Below, in pieces: positions 1 through 8,519 of a stretch of 63,980 nt of DNA. Every line of letters begins with the position of its first letter. The stretch's first letter is position 1. The notes under the pieces are model-generated. The model saw nothing but the letters and a program-made list of their open reading frames with translations, did not search any database and had not been told where the DNA came from. This stretch comes from Candidatus Woesearchaeota archaeon (GTDB lineage Archaea; Nanobdellota; Nanobdellia; SCGC-AAA011-G17; GW2011-AR20), in contig JAGVZQ010000003.1 in assembly GCA_018302465.1 (NCBI GenBank), positions 1 to 63,980 on the forward strand. The letters are read 5' to 3'. Position numbers and translations under genes: made by a program.

Positions 1-1037
1 TAATGCATAAGCTTTATTCTTCCCATGTTTGAAGTGCAGAACAGAGAACATGGTTTCTCCTTTGTTAATTTTACTCTTTAACCTGACAGAAAAGACAACC
101 CCTGGATGCTCTGCTTTTATTTCCTTTACAAAATCCTTCTCAGGATCATACAATGTTGCTATAACCTCTCCTTCATCAACTGCATCTCCCAAATTAACCT
201 TTACATCAACCAATCCTGAAAACGGAGCAGCATAACCATGTCTATAATCTAAAATAAATTGCCTGATAGGAACATCAATAATGCCATTAATCATTTTCTT
301 ATAAACAAGAATGTTCATTATTCCCTTAACACCCTCTTCAACAAACTCATCCCAGATCTTCACACCTCCCCCAATTTCAATTGTCAAAACAGGCACTTTT
401 AATTTTCTATAAGCTTCAATAGCAAGCATTCCTTTTTTCCCATTTCTTTCCATTATCAAGTCAGTTCCAAATATCCTGCTTAATGCTGTAACTTCAGGAG
501 CTTCATTATTGCTTAATATTCTAGGATGTGTTAACAAAACATTTTCAGCATTAGAATCATGGCAGTCTATTCCAAAATCACATTTTTTAACAACTTCATC
601 AAATATAGCCTTTGCTACTTTTTCTGAAGGAAAATTTACATTTTTCTTTCCAAATTGCCTGTTTAAATCTTTATTATCCAAAGGAAAAAGCCTTGAGCAC
701 TCCTTAAAGCCTAGAATATTTATAGCAGGGATAAATATAATTCTGCCGCTTAAAGAATCAGGATTTATCATATCCCTCAAAATCTTTACAACCTGGATTC
801 CGTTAAGCTCATCACCGTGCATTCCTGCAGAAATAAAAGCAGTAGGCCCTTCTTCTTTACCAGATACTATAAAAACAGGAATCTTTAATTCATTATTTAA
901 TTTAACAACTATACTCCCTTTAGTTATCTTCCCTATTTCTTCCTTGCAGTTTCCAAATTATTTAATTTAACAACTATACTCCCTTTAGTTATCTTCCCTA
1001 TTTCTTCCTTGCAGTTTCCAATTCTCAAAAGTTCCAT
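1..1037 (-). pseudogene. AstE/AspA-family (succinylglutamate desuccinylase/aspartoacylase-like) Zn deacylase. The 3' end runs off the window and the 5' end is frameshifted by a 65-bp tandem duplication.
   Basis: Reverse-strand translation gives ...PVFIVSGKEEGPTAFISAGMHGDELNGIQV...FGIDCHDS...LTIEIGGG..., typical of this family. The ATG at 1037-1035 reads MELLRIGNCKEEIGKITKGSIVVKLNN, then shifts frame and stops. The main frame has a TAA directly upstream and no ATG/GTG/TTG before the GMHGDE motif. Confidence 0.6.
892..1021. repeat. Perfect tandem duplication, 2 x 65 bp (892-956 and 957-1021)
   Basis: Nucleotide comparison at offset 65 shows identity across all 65 positions. The flanking positions (891 vs 956, 957 vs 1022) differ. 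Confidence 0.9.
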
Positions 1038-1077
1038 AAAAATTACATTTAAAAATCCATATAATAACCTTTTGCTT

Positions 1078-1782
1078 ATGAAATTAGACCAGCATTTTAT
1101 GATTAATGAAGAATTATGTGAAAGAATAGTTTCTCATCTAAAAATAAAAAAAGATGAAACTGTGCTTGAAATAGGCCCCGGAAAAGGGGCATTGACAAAA
1201 TACATAATAAAGAAAACTGATAAATTAGTGGTAATAGAACTAAGTTATAAATTATCATCAGAATTAATCTCGAAATTTAAAAATGTAGAAGTCTTAAATG
1301 AGTCAATAACTAATTTCAAGGAATTAGATTTTGATAAAATAATAGGAAACCTACCTTATTCAGTGATAGAATCTTTAGTAAGGCCTTTAATTATAAGCAA
1401 GTTTAACCTAGCAGTATTTACAGTTCCAAATAATTTTATGAAAAAGGGCATGTTAAAACTATTGCTTCCTATGTTTTTTGAAATAGAAACATTAGAGGAA
1501 GTAAATAAAGACGCTTTTTTTCCAAAACCAAAAATAAAATCTAAAGTTATATCAATAAAGCATAAAGAAATGAATGAAAAAGAAAAAGTAATAAGGAAAA
1601 TTTATTTACAATCAGATAAGAAGCTAGAAAATGCTGTTCGTGAATCTTTCTGTAAAATATTAAAATTAACTAAAAAACAATCAAAAGAAAAAGTTCCAAA
1701 ATTAAGCTTTTTAGATAAAAGAGTTTATACTTTAAATTTAGATGAATGGAAGGAAATAGTTAAAGAAATTGAAAAAGAATAG
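1078..1782 (+). CDS. rsmA: 16S/18S rRNA (adenine-N6,N6)-dimethyltransferase KsgA/Dim1 (RsmA)
   Basis: LDQHFMINEE...VLEIGPGKGALT...IGNLPYS motifs. Start placed at the ATG at 1078, because the longer ORF-track start at 1009 lies inside the duplicated repeat. Confidence 0.8.
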   Translation: MKLDQHFMINEELCERIVSHLKIKKDETVLEIGPGKGALTKYIIKKTDKLVVIELSYKLSSELISKFKNVEVLNESITNFKELDFDKIIGNLPYSVIESLVRPLIISKFNLAVFTVPNNFMKKGMLKLLLPMFFEIETLEEVNKDAFFPKPKIKSKVISIKHKEMNEKEKVIRKIYLQSDKKLENAVRESFCKILKLTKKQSKEKVPKLSFLDKRVYTLNLDEWKEIVKEIEKE

Positions 1783-1800
1783 AGTTAGGTTAAACAACAA

Positions 1801-1887
1801 GCGCCAATAGTCTAGGGGTCAAGATAGGGCCTTCCCAATAATTAAAGGAATCAGGCTCTGACCGGGGTTCAAATCCCCGTTGGCGCA
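1801..1887 (+). tRNA. tRNA-Gly(CCC) with a 15-nt canonical 37/38 intron (1838-1852)
   Basis: Acceptor GCGCCAA/TTGGCGC, T-arm CGGGG-TTCAAAT-CCCCG, anticodon stem GGGCC/GGCTC, loop TTCCCA|..|A. BHB: TTCC(32-35) pairs with GGAA, with 3-nt bulges CAA and TCA. Confidence 0.85.
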
Positions 1888-1925
1888 TTCAAAAGGTTTA
1901 TAAACAAGTTATACTTAGTATAACT

Positions 1926-2141
1926 ATGATAGAAGCCAAATTAAAAATAAAGAAATGGGGAAATTCATTAGGAATAATCCTTCCGACTAATATAGTCAGA
2001 AAAAAGAATCTGAAAGAAGGAAGCACAATAGAATTTCTAGTTCCGGAAGGTAAGAATGTAGATTTAGAAAAAGTATTTGGAACATTTAAATTTAAAAAAT
2101 CTGCCCAACAAATGAAAGATGAAATGAAAGAAGGATGGTAA
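1926..2141 (+). CDS. AbrB/MazE (SpoVT)-family antitoxin
   Basis: KIKKWGNSLGIILP motif. 71 aa. Overlaps the downstream PIN gene by 7 nt. Confidence 0.65.
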   Translation: MIEAKLKIKKWGNSLGIILPTNIVRKKNLKEGSTIEFLVPEGKNVDLEKVFGTFKFKKSAQQMKDEMKEGW

Positions 2142-2512
2142 ACTACTTCTTTGATAGCTACGCATTAATAGAAATAATAAATGGTAATGAAAACTATAAA
2201 GGCTATACAAAATCGAAAGTAATAATAACAAAAATTAACCTAATTGAATGCTACAATAGTTGGATTTCAGAAATGGGAGAAGAAAAAGCAGACTACTATT
2301 TCAGTTTTTTCAAGCCCTGCTGCATAGAGATTTTAGATAAAGATATAAAAGACGGAGTTAAATTTAGAATACATTTAAAAAGTAAGAATAAAAAGATTAA
2401 TCCAAGTTATATAGATTGTATAGGATATGTAATCTCATTGAGATTAAACATAAAATTCCTAACAGGAGACAATGCATTTAAAGATTTACCAAACGTGGAG
2501 TTTGTAAAATAA
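2135..2512 (+). CDS. PIN-domain toxin (VapC-like)
   Basis: N-terminal YFFDSYALIEI, about 125 aa, translationally coupled to the antitoxin. Confidence 0.55.
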   Translation: MVNYFFDSYALIEIINGNENYKGYTKSKVIITKINLIECYNSWISEMGEEKADYYFSFFKPCCIEILDKDIKDGVKFRIHLKSKNKKINPSYIDCIGYVISLRLNIKFLTGDNAFKDLPNVEFVK

Positions 2513-2528
2513 ACTTAAGGTACTGAAT

Positions 2529-4367
2529 ATGAAAAAATTCTATATCACAACAGCAATTGATTATGTTAATGGTCGCCCGCATATAGGCCATGCATATGAA
2601 AAAATAATAGCAGATGTTTTGGCTAGATGGCATAGGATAAAAGGAGAAGATGTTTTTTTCTTAACAGGAACTGATGATAATGCGCAGAAAAATGCAGAGG
2701 CTGCAAAAGAAGCAAGGAAGCCAATAAAACAGTTTGTAAATGATAACGCTAAAATCTTCCAGGAGTTATGTAAAGTTTTCAACATCTCAAATGATTATTT
2801 CATAAGGACCACAGAAAAAAGACATATTAAATTCTCACAGGAAATATTCAGCAAATCATTCAAAAAAGGAGATATCTACAAGGGCAAATACGAAGGGTAT
2901 TACTGTCTGGGTTGCGAAGCTTTCCTGACAGAAAAAGATTTAGTAGATGAAAAATGTCCAGAGCACAATAAAAAGCCTGAATGGAGAGAAGAAGAGAGTT
3001 ATTTTTTTAAACTAAGTAAATACAAAGATAAAATAATAAGTTTAGTTTCTTCAAAAGATTTCATAATTCCAAAAGATAAAAAAAATGAAATATTAGCAAG
3101 ACTAAAAAGTGAAGAGTTAAAAGATCTGTCAGTTAGCAGGAAAAACACTGAATGGGGTATAATCACACCAATAGACAAAGAGCATTCAATCTATGTATGG
3201 TATGATGCCTTAGGGAATTATGTTTCTGCATTAGACTATCCAAAAGGCAAAAAATTCAAGAAATATTGGCCTGCAGATGTACATGTGATAGGAAAAGGAA
3301 TTAATTGGTTCCATTCTGTGATATGGCCTGCAATATTATTTTCAGCAAATATAACTCAGCCAAAAAGAATTTTAGTGCATGGTTATTTAACAGTCAATGG
3401 AAGTAAAATATCAAAATCTCTTGGAAATAGTATAGATCCAATTGAACTGGCAACAAAATATCCTGCCGATTCTATAAGGTATGTATTATTAAGAGAAGTA
3501 TCTTTAGGCGATGATGGAGACTTCTCAGAAGAAGCATTAACCTCAAGACACAATAATGAGCTGGCAAATGATTTAGGAAACTTAGTCAGCAGGGTATTAA
3601 CTTTAGCAGAAAAAAATTTTTCAAAAGGTCTAAAAAAATCACAAGTAGATAAAAAATTATTCTCAAAATTAAATATTAAAAAAATAGATTCTTTAATGGA
3701 GAACTTTGAAATAAATAATGCATTAAGCGAAGTATGGAAATTCATAAATGAATGCAACAAGCACATAAACCAGGAAAAGCCTTGGGAGATGAAAGGAAAA
3801 GAATTAGAAAAACATATTTATTCTTTATTAGAATCAATAAGAATCCTTTCAATCCTATTAAGTCCTTTTCTTCCGGAAACTTCAAATAAGATATTAAAAC
3901 AATTAAATCAAAAACCCGGAAACTTAAAAGAAGCAAAACCAGGTTTAGTAAAAATTTATAAAGTAAAGAAAGAAGGAATATTATTCAATAAAATAGAGGA
4001 AAAAATGCTTAAACCGGATAAAATAGAAAACAATTTGGATAAGATAGATATAAAAGAATTTAGCAAATTAGACTTAAGGGTAGCAAGAATAAAAGAAGTA
4101 GGAGATCATCCTGATGCAAAAAAACTCTACATTCTAATATTAGATTTAGGGAAAGGGGAGCATGAACTGCAGGTTGTCTCAGGTTTAAAAGAAAATTATA
4201 AAAAAGAAGAACTAATAAATAAAAGAGTCATAGTCATTAGAAATTTAAAACATGCAGTTATCAGGGGCATTGAAAGTCAGGGCATGTTATTAGCCGCAGT
4301 ATTCAAGGATAAAGTCAGTTTAGCCCAGCCAGATAAAGACATAGAAATTGGAGCAAAAGTAATGTAA
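2529..4367 (+). CDS. metG: Methionyl-tRNA synthetase with a C-terminal tRNA-binding (Trbp111/EMAP-like) domain
   Basis: HIGH motif (RPHIGHAY), KMSKS-type motif (KISKSLGN), Zn knuckle CLGCEAF..CPEH, C-terminal DLRVARIKEV..HPDAKKLY. Confidence 0.95.
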   Translation: MKKFYITTAIDYVNGRPHIGHAYEKIIADVLARWHRIKGEDVFFLTGTDDNAQKNAEAAKEARKPIKQFVNDNAKIFQELCKVFNISNDYFIRTTEKRHIKFSQEIFSKSFKKGDIYKGKYEGYYCLGCEAFLTEKDLVDEKCPEHNKKPEWREEESYFFKLSKYKDKIISLVSSKDFIIPKDKKNEILARLKSEELKDLSVSRKNTEWGIITPIDKEHSIYVWYDALGNYVSALDYPKGKKFKKYWPADVHVIGKGINWFHSVIWPAILFSANITQPKRILVHGYLTVNGSKISKSLGNSIDPIELATKYPADSIRYVLLREVSLGDDGDFSEEALTSRHNNELANDLGNLVSRVLTLAEKNFSKGLKKSQVDKKLFSKLNIKKIDSLMENFEINNALSEVWKFINECNKHINQEKPWEMKGKELEKHIYSLLESIRILSILLSPFLPETSNKILKQLNQKPGNLKEAKPGLVKIYKVKKEGILFNKIEEKMLKPDKIENNLDKIDIKEFSKLDLRVARIKEVGDHPDAKKLYILILDLGKGEHELQVVSGLKENYKKEELINKRVIVIRNLKHAVIRGIESQGMLLAAVFKDKVSLAQPDKDIEIGAKVM

Positions 4368-4368
4368 G

Positions 4369-4755
4369 ATGAAAAAATATTCAACTTTAATATTAAGATT
4401 AGGATTAGGCATCGTAGTATTATGGTTCTCAATAAACCAGTTTATGAATCCAGATTCCTGGACAAGACTAGTTCCTGGATATATTTCTTTTTTAACTCCT
4501 GCAACAGCAATCTACATAAATGCTGCAATTGAATTAATAATTGGGATTTTATTAATTCTAGGTTTGTTTACAAGAATAGCAGCTTTAATCTTTTCATTAC
4601 ATCTAATCCCAATAATAATCTCATTAGGTTATGGTCCAACAGCAGTTAGAGACTTTGGATTATCCTTAGCTTCACTATCTCTTGCTTTATCAGGAAGCAA
4701 TTACCTAAGTTTAGATAGCAAAATAAAAAAGAGTTTTTTTACAAAAGAGAATTAA
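4369..4755 (+). CDS. DoxX-like small membrane protein
   Basis: About 4 TM helices, N-terminal LILRLGLGIVVLWFSINQF pattern. Confidence 0.45.
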   Translation: MKKYSTLILRLGLGIVVLWFSINQFMNPDSWTRLVPGYISFLTPATAIYINAAIELIIGILLILGLFTRIAALIFSLHLIPIIISLGYGPTAVRDFGLSLASLSLALSGSNYLSLDSKIKKSFFTKEN

Positions 4756-4756
4756 A

Positions 4757-5200
4757 ATGAAAAAATTAATTTTTTTAATTCTTGTATCATTACTAATAAC
4801 TAGTTGTGGGTCAGATAATCCTCAGAATATTAAAGAACAGGATAACTTAGAAATAATTGTTCCAGAAACTACAGAAGTTGGTAGTGTAGATATAACTATT
4901 CCTGAAGCAGAAACAATTGAAGTAAGGAATATGATGAATTCCAACAAGGGAACAGGGATGATGACTTTATTAAACATGGAAGAAGTTAAAAAACATAATT
5001 CAAGAGAAAGCTGTTATTCAGTAGTTGATGATAAGGTATATGATTTAACATCATGGATAGACCAGCATCCTGGAGGAGCAAGTAACATTCTAAAAATATG
5101 TGGTATAGATGGAACTTCCGCCTTTAGGGGAAAGCATGATAACAACCCCAAACAAGCGAATCAGTTAGAAGAATTCTTTATTGGTGATTTAGTAAAATAA
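4757..5200 (+). CDS. Lipoprotein with a cytochrome b5-like heme/steroid-binding domain
   Basis: Lipobox LLITSCGS. CYSVVDDKVYDLTSWIDQHPGG motif. Confidence 0.7.
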   Translation: MKKLIFLILVSLLITSCGSDNPQNIKEQDNLEIIVPETTEVGSVDITIPEAETIEVRNMMNSNKGTGMMTLLNMEEVKKHNSRESCYSVVDDKVYDLTSWIDQHPGGASNILKICGIDGTSAFRGKHDNNPKQANQLEEFFIGDLVK

Positions 5201-5203
5201 GTA

Positions 5204-5325
5204 TGGGCCTGATCAGATTTGAATTCGTCGATAATTTCTTACCTCTGACGACCCCCACCTTATCAGACTCACCTTCTCTTTATCTAGGAAAATGTGGTGC
5301 TCTAACCAGGCTGAGCCACAGGCCC
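5204..5325 (-). tRNA. tRNA-Ile(GAT) with two non-canonical BHB introns: 30/31 (26 nt, 5268-5293) and 53/54 (21 nt, 5224-5244)
   Basis: Acceptor GGGCCTG/CAGGCCC with A73, D-arm GCTC-AGCCTGGTTA-GAGC, loop CTGATAA. Intron 1 BHB: CACC/GGTG, bulges ACA/AGT, inner helix TTTTC/GAGAA. Intron 2 BHB: CGTC/GACG, bulges AGA/AAT, inner helix GGTAA-GAAA-TTATC. The spliced product is a 75-nt cloverleaf. Confidence 0.8.
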
Positions 5326-6129
5326 ATAGTAAGAATTAATATCAACAACACCTTTTAAAATCTTTCGCCTTTCAATTATATTTGTGTTAGGCGGACAAAA
5401 TCCAAATTTCTTCCATACATCATATTTAGTAAGGTGTTTAGATGAACTAAAACCAATTTTATCCATCCAAATATCCAGATTTTTCCTACCACTAATATCA
5501 ATCTGGTGTTCGAAATTTATCTTTCCATTTCTATAGTTTCTTAAATTATAACATACACAAGAATTTATTTTTAAATTATCTAAAATGAACTTGACAAATA
5601 TAATTAAACTTTTACTCTGACTATTGATCCCTATAGAGGGATAGTAATTCCTTCGTTTGTATCTTTTCTTAAAGCTTATGCAACCATCCGTGTCAGTTAA
5701 ACCTTTCAAAAAAGCCTTCTTAATTCTAAAATTTGAACTTTTTATTAGGCTAGGAACATTCATATCTCTTTTAGAACCAGCAGGAAGGCCTATTACCCGA
5801 TTTAAAAAATAAAAAACAGCTTTTGATCTAAAACTAGTTCTTATTGTTGTTTTATTTCCAGCGTAAACCCATACTTTAATATTAAATAAATCCTTGATTA
5901 AGGGTGCTATGTAATCTTTATGAAATTCTGCTTCGTCAATTTCATGTCCATAGTATTCAACATTGTAATCAATAGTATTACAGGTTTTCCGTTTATACGC
6001 ATTAAGACAACCATCGCCAACATGGACACCAATAAAATAAGCCAATTTTTGAGTCATTTTAGTAGGAATAGTAACTTTTCTGTTAATATCAGATTTATTA
6101 AAATCAATCTTAGGAATATCCAGTTTCAT
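5302..6129 (-). CDS. Free-standing double-motif LAGLIDADG homing endonuclease-like protein
   Basis: LAYFIGVHVGDGCL and FLKGLTDTDGCI motifs. The C-terminal region is homologous to ORF 29480-30169. The last 8 codons (YGPVAQPG*) are read from the tRNA-Ile 5' exon. Confidence 0.85.
   Translation of the reverse strand: MKLDIPKIDFNKSDINRKVTIPTKMTQKLAYFIGVHVGDGCLNAYKRKTCNTIDYNVEYYGHEIDEAEFHKDYIAPLIKDLFNIKVWVYAGNKTTIRTSFRSKAVFYFLNRVIGLPAGSKRDMNVPSLIKSSNFRIKKAFLKGLTDTDGCISFKKRYKRRNYYPSIGINSQSKSLIIFVKFILDNLKINSCVCYNLRNYRNGKINFEHQIDISGRKNLDIWMDKIGFSSSKHLTKYDVWKKFGFCPPNTNIIERRKILKGVVDINSYYGPVAQPG
5353..5360 (-). promoter_or_regulatory. Candidate TATA box (TTTTAAAA) of tRNA-Ile, embedded in the LAGLIDADG coding sequence (codons I-L-K)
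   Basis: 27 nt separate the box from the mature tRNA 5' end. The same octamer sits at the equivalent codons upstream of the tRNA at 30185. Confidence 0.5.
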
Positions 6130-6150
6130 AAAAAATTAACAAAATTAGTA

Positions 6151-6193
6151 TTTATAAGTCTCGCGCGAGAGGTTGTCCGATGGACTAGTGAGT
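6151..6193 (-). promoter_or_regulatory. Conserved promoter module, copy A: 28-nt core (6166-6193), 7-nt spacer, TATA (6151-6158)
   Basis: Minus-strand reading: ACTCACTAGTCCATCGGACAACCTCTCG-N7-CTTATAAA, with 21 nt to the ATG. Near-identical to the copies at 22148 and 29415. Confidence 0.7.
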
Positions 6194-6257
6194 TGAATAT
6201 ATATTTTAAATTATACAAAATGAGATAGACTTTTTTGTTTTAAAATACTATTCATCA

Positions 6258-6869
6258 TTATGCTTCTTTTTCAGGAGTTTCTTCATCCTCTCCAATTTCT
6301 TGATTTATTGAAAGAGAATATATACTATAAGGTATTCTGATGAAGAATTCTAGCAGCACTACAACAAGTAAATAATTAAAAATTTTGCCTAAAAACTGGG
6401 GAACCTCATTGAATCTGGTGATTATATCAGGTACTGATATTGTAGGTGAATTTATCAATAAAACTCCAAGAACAGTAAATGGAATAACTCTTGCAAGATC
6501 CCTTGCTAGCTCTCTGTTAAAATAAGCAACTATCCTTGTAGATGCAACAACAGCCATAGTCAATAATAATATTTGGTTTAAACTTTGCTCTCCGCTTAAA
6601 AATAATACAAATAGAGATAATGCCCCAAACCAGATAAAAGTCAGCAATGGAAATATAACTGCATAAGTATAGATATACAATCCTATTGTAATGCTTTTCT
6701 TAAGCAGAAGATGAGAACCCCAGTAATATTTGCGTAAATCAAGAGCAATTAAATCCCTTTTTGAAAGAGAATTGCAGAGATAAAATATAAATATCCCATA
6801 AAGAACAATTCCTAGTGTATAAAGCAATAATGGATAAACTGTAGCATATCCTCCGAATAAGCTCACCAT
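6258..6869 (-). CDS. Polytopic membrane protein, function unknown
   Basis: About 6 predicted TM segments and an acidic C-terminus. No recognisable motif. Confidence 0.4.
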   Translation of the reverse strand: MVSLFGGYATVYPLLLYTLGIVLYGIFIFYLCNSLSKRDLIALDLRKYYWGSHLLLKKSITIGLYIYTYAVIFPLLTFIWFGALSLFVLFLSGEQSLNQILLLTMAVVASTRIVAYFNRELARDLARVIPFTVLGVLLINSPTISVPDIITRFNEVPQFLGKIFNYLLVVVLLEFFIRIPYSIYSLSINQEIGEDEETPEKEA

Positions 6870-6956
6870 AAATCTATAGATTATTTAATCCTTTATAATG
6901 TTTTTGAAGTAGATGTTAGAAAATAAAAAAGAACTAAAAGCTTAGAAAAGATAAGT

Positions 6957-7029
6957 CGCCCCAACGAGGACTTGAACCTCGGACCTTTTGGTTAACAGCC
7001 AAACGCTCTACCAACTGAGCTATTGGGGC
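6957..7029 (-). tRNA. tRNA-Asn(GTT), intron-less
   Basis: GCCCCAA-TA-GCTC-AGTTGGTA-GAGC-G-TTTGG-CTGTTAA-CCAAA-AGGTC-CGAGG-TTCAAGT-CCTCG-TTGGGGC-G. Confidence 0.9.
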
Positions 7030-7067
7030 ACATCAATATAGAGTTAGAATACAATTTAAAAGAATTT

Positions 7068-7598
7068 CTATCTCTTCTCCACAACAACTTTTCCAGCTTT
7101 ATCTGGGTTTATCGTTAATTTAGAGTCCTTAAATTTGTGGTCAAATTCTTCTCCATTTTTCAGCATATGTAAAAAAACAGCCAATGCAGCCACTTCACTA
7201 TGTGGTTGATTGGTAACACTTACGTTATAATCAGATAATTCATAAAATCCAGGTTCAACCCTCTCGCTCCCAATTATTATTAAAATGTTTTTAGAGGCTT
7301 TTATTTTGTTAATAACACCATCCAGTTTTAAACCATACATGGTTGTGTGGATTATAAGGAATCCATTTTCCTTTCTTTTTTTAACAAACTTTAAAGCATC
7401 CTCAACATATAAAATTTCAAAAGGCCCTCCAAACCTGTTAACAGTGTTGTTTATTGAAGATTCAAATTTGCTGTCTCTATCGCCAGAATAATATATTTTA
7501 TCAGCTAAAAAAGCTCTTGCAGTCAAGGCAACATGAGAACTTAATCTGGGATCTCTTCTTATTCTATGGGTTAATCTTAAAACTTCTATCATAGCCAA
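7068..7598 (-). CDS. tRNA (cytidine56-2'-O)-methyltransferase aTrm56 (SPOUT)
   Basis: VLRLTHRIRRDPRLSSHVALTARAF...TMYGL...NQPHSEVAALAVFL matches my recollection of the aTrm56 family pattern. Confidence 0.75.
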   Translation of the reverse strand: MAMIEVLRLTHRIRRDPRLSSHVALTARAFLADKIYYSGDRDSKFESSINNTVNRFGGPFEILYVEDALKFVKKRKENGFLIIHTTMYGLKLDGVINKIKASKNILIIIGSERVEPGFYELSDYNVSVTNQPHSEVAALAVFLHMLKNGEEFDHKFKDSKLTINPDKAGKVVVEKR

Positions 7599-7643
7599 AT
7601 TTAAACAATAAACTATTTAAATGCTATTTTAAGCTAATTTAAC

Positions 7644-8519
7644 ATGGGAGAAAATGTAGAAAAATTTTATGATATTCATTATAAGAAATTAATGATAATT
7701 CCTATTTTAATCTTATTATTGAGTATAGGATTTCTAACTTTTAATTACATAAACACAGGAGAAATAATCCAAAGAGATGTAGAGCTAAAAGGAGGTATAG
7801 AAGTAACAATTGACAAACCCGGTTTAACATCAACAGAAGTAGAATCCATTCTTGGAACAAAATATGAGGATTTTTCAGTAAGAGAGTTAAGTGATTTTTC
7901 ATCCAGAAAAAGTTTAGGAGTTACAATAAAGATAAGTAATGTAGATGAAGATGAATTAAAAGAGTTTCTAAGTTCAGAGATAGGTTTCGAAAATTCTCAG
8001 TATAATACAAGAATAATAAATGCAGCATTTGCAGAAAGCTTCTATAAATCTCTAATAATAGTATTAATCATCTCATTCATTTTAATGGCTTTAACAGTTT
8101 TGATATCTTTCAGAACTTTCATACCTTCTGTTGCAGTAATAATCGCAGCATTAATAGATATAATCTCAACATTGGCAATTGTTAGTTTTTTAGGAATGAA
8201 ATTAAGCGCGCCAAGTATCACTGCATTTCTTTTAGTTATAGGTTACAGCATAGATACTGATGTTTTATTGACAACAAGAATGTTAAAAAGGCAGAATTCA
8301 AATTTATTGTCTAGAATGGTGGGAGCAATAAAAACAGGCCTTACCATGAGCATAACAACAATAGCAGCAATGATAGCAGCAATCTTATTTGCTGTAAATC
8401 CAGTATTAAAAGAGATTTTCCTTATCATTGCAATAGCTGTAACAATAGACATAATAGCAACATATCTTGGAAACGCTCCAATATTGATGTGGTACGCTAA
8501 GAAGAGGAATATAAAATGA
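7644..8519 (+). CDS. secF: Protein-export membrane protein SecF
   Basis: 291 aa with an N-terminal TM, a periplasmic domain and a C-terminal 5-TM RND-like block. Overlaps secD by 4 nt. Confidence 0.8.
   Translation: MGENVEKFYDIHYKKLMIIPILILLLSIGFLTFNYINTGEIIQRDVELKGGIEVTIDKPGLTSTEVESILGTKYEDFSVRELSDFSSRKSLGVTIKISNVDEDELKEFLSSEIGFENSQYNTRIINAAFAESFYKSLIIVLIISFILMALTVLISFRTFIPSVAVIIAALIDIISTLAIVSFLGMKLSAPSITAFLLVIGYSIDTDVLLTTRMLKRQNSNLLSRMVGAIKTGLTMSITTIAAMIAAILFAVNPVLKEIFLIIAIAVTIDIIATYLGNAPILMWYAKKRNIK

Noticed and set aside
29-970. Plus-strand ORFs 29-235 and 509-970 from the ORF track
   Set aside because: They are low-complexity antisense frames. The minus strand across the same region encodes a clearly recognisable AstE/AspA-type protein (GMHGDE, DCH, EIGGG motifs).
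1009-1077. N-terminal extension of the KsgA ORF (MQFPILKSSIKITFKNPYNNLLL)
   Set aside because: The extension lies in the duplicated repeat and the divergent promoter. The conserved KsgA sequence begins right after the ATG at 1078.
2561-3936. Minus-strand ORFs inside metG (2561-2785, 3383-3766, 3742-3936)
   Set aside because: They are antisense to a full-length MetRS with intact HIGH and KMSKS motifs, which is typical AT-rich shadow-ORF behaviour.
5204-6210. Idea that the LAGLIDADG ORFs sit inside giant tRNA introns or between split tRNA halves
   Set aside because: Every flanking tRNA (Ile, Arg, Cys) can be folded as a complete gene from contiguous sequence after removing short BHB introns. 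The ORFs lie entirely upstream of the tRNA 5' ends, apart from the 24-nt overlap.
5920-6228. Plus-strand ORF overlapping the LAGLIDADG gene and the conserved motif
   Set aside because: It is antisense to a convincing LAGLIDADG ORF and has no recognisable motif. Its 3' part merely reads through promoter module copy A.
6241-6262. C/D-box sRNA candidate (minus-strand AATGATGA at the end of the membrane protein gene)
   Set aside because: No D box (CUGA) or terminal stem lies at an appropriate distance. The UGAUGA simply overlaps the stop-codon region.
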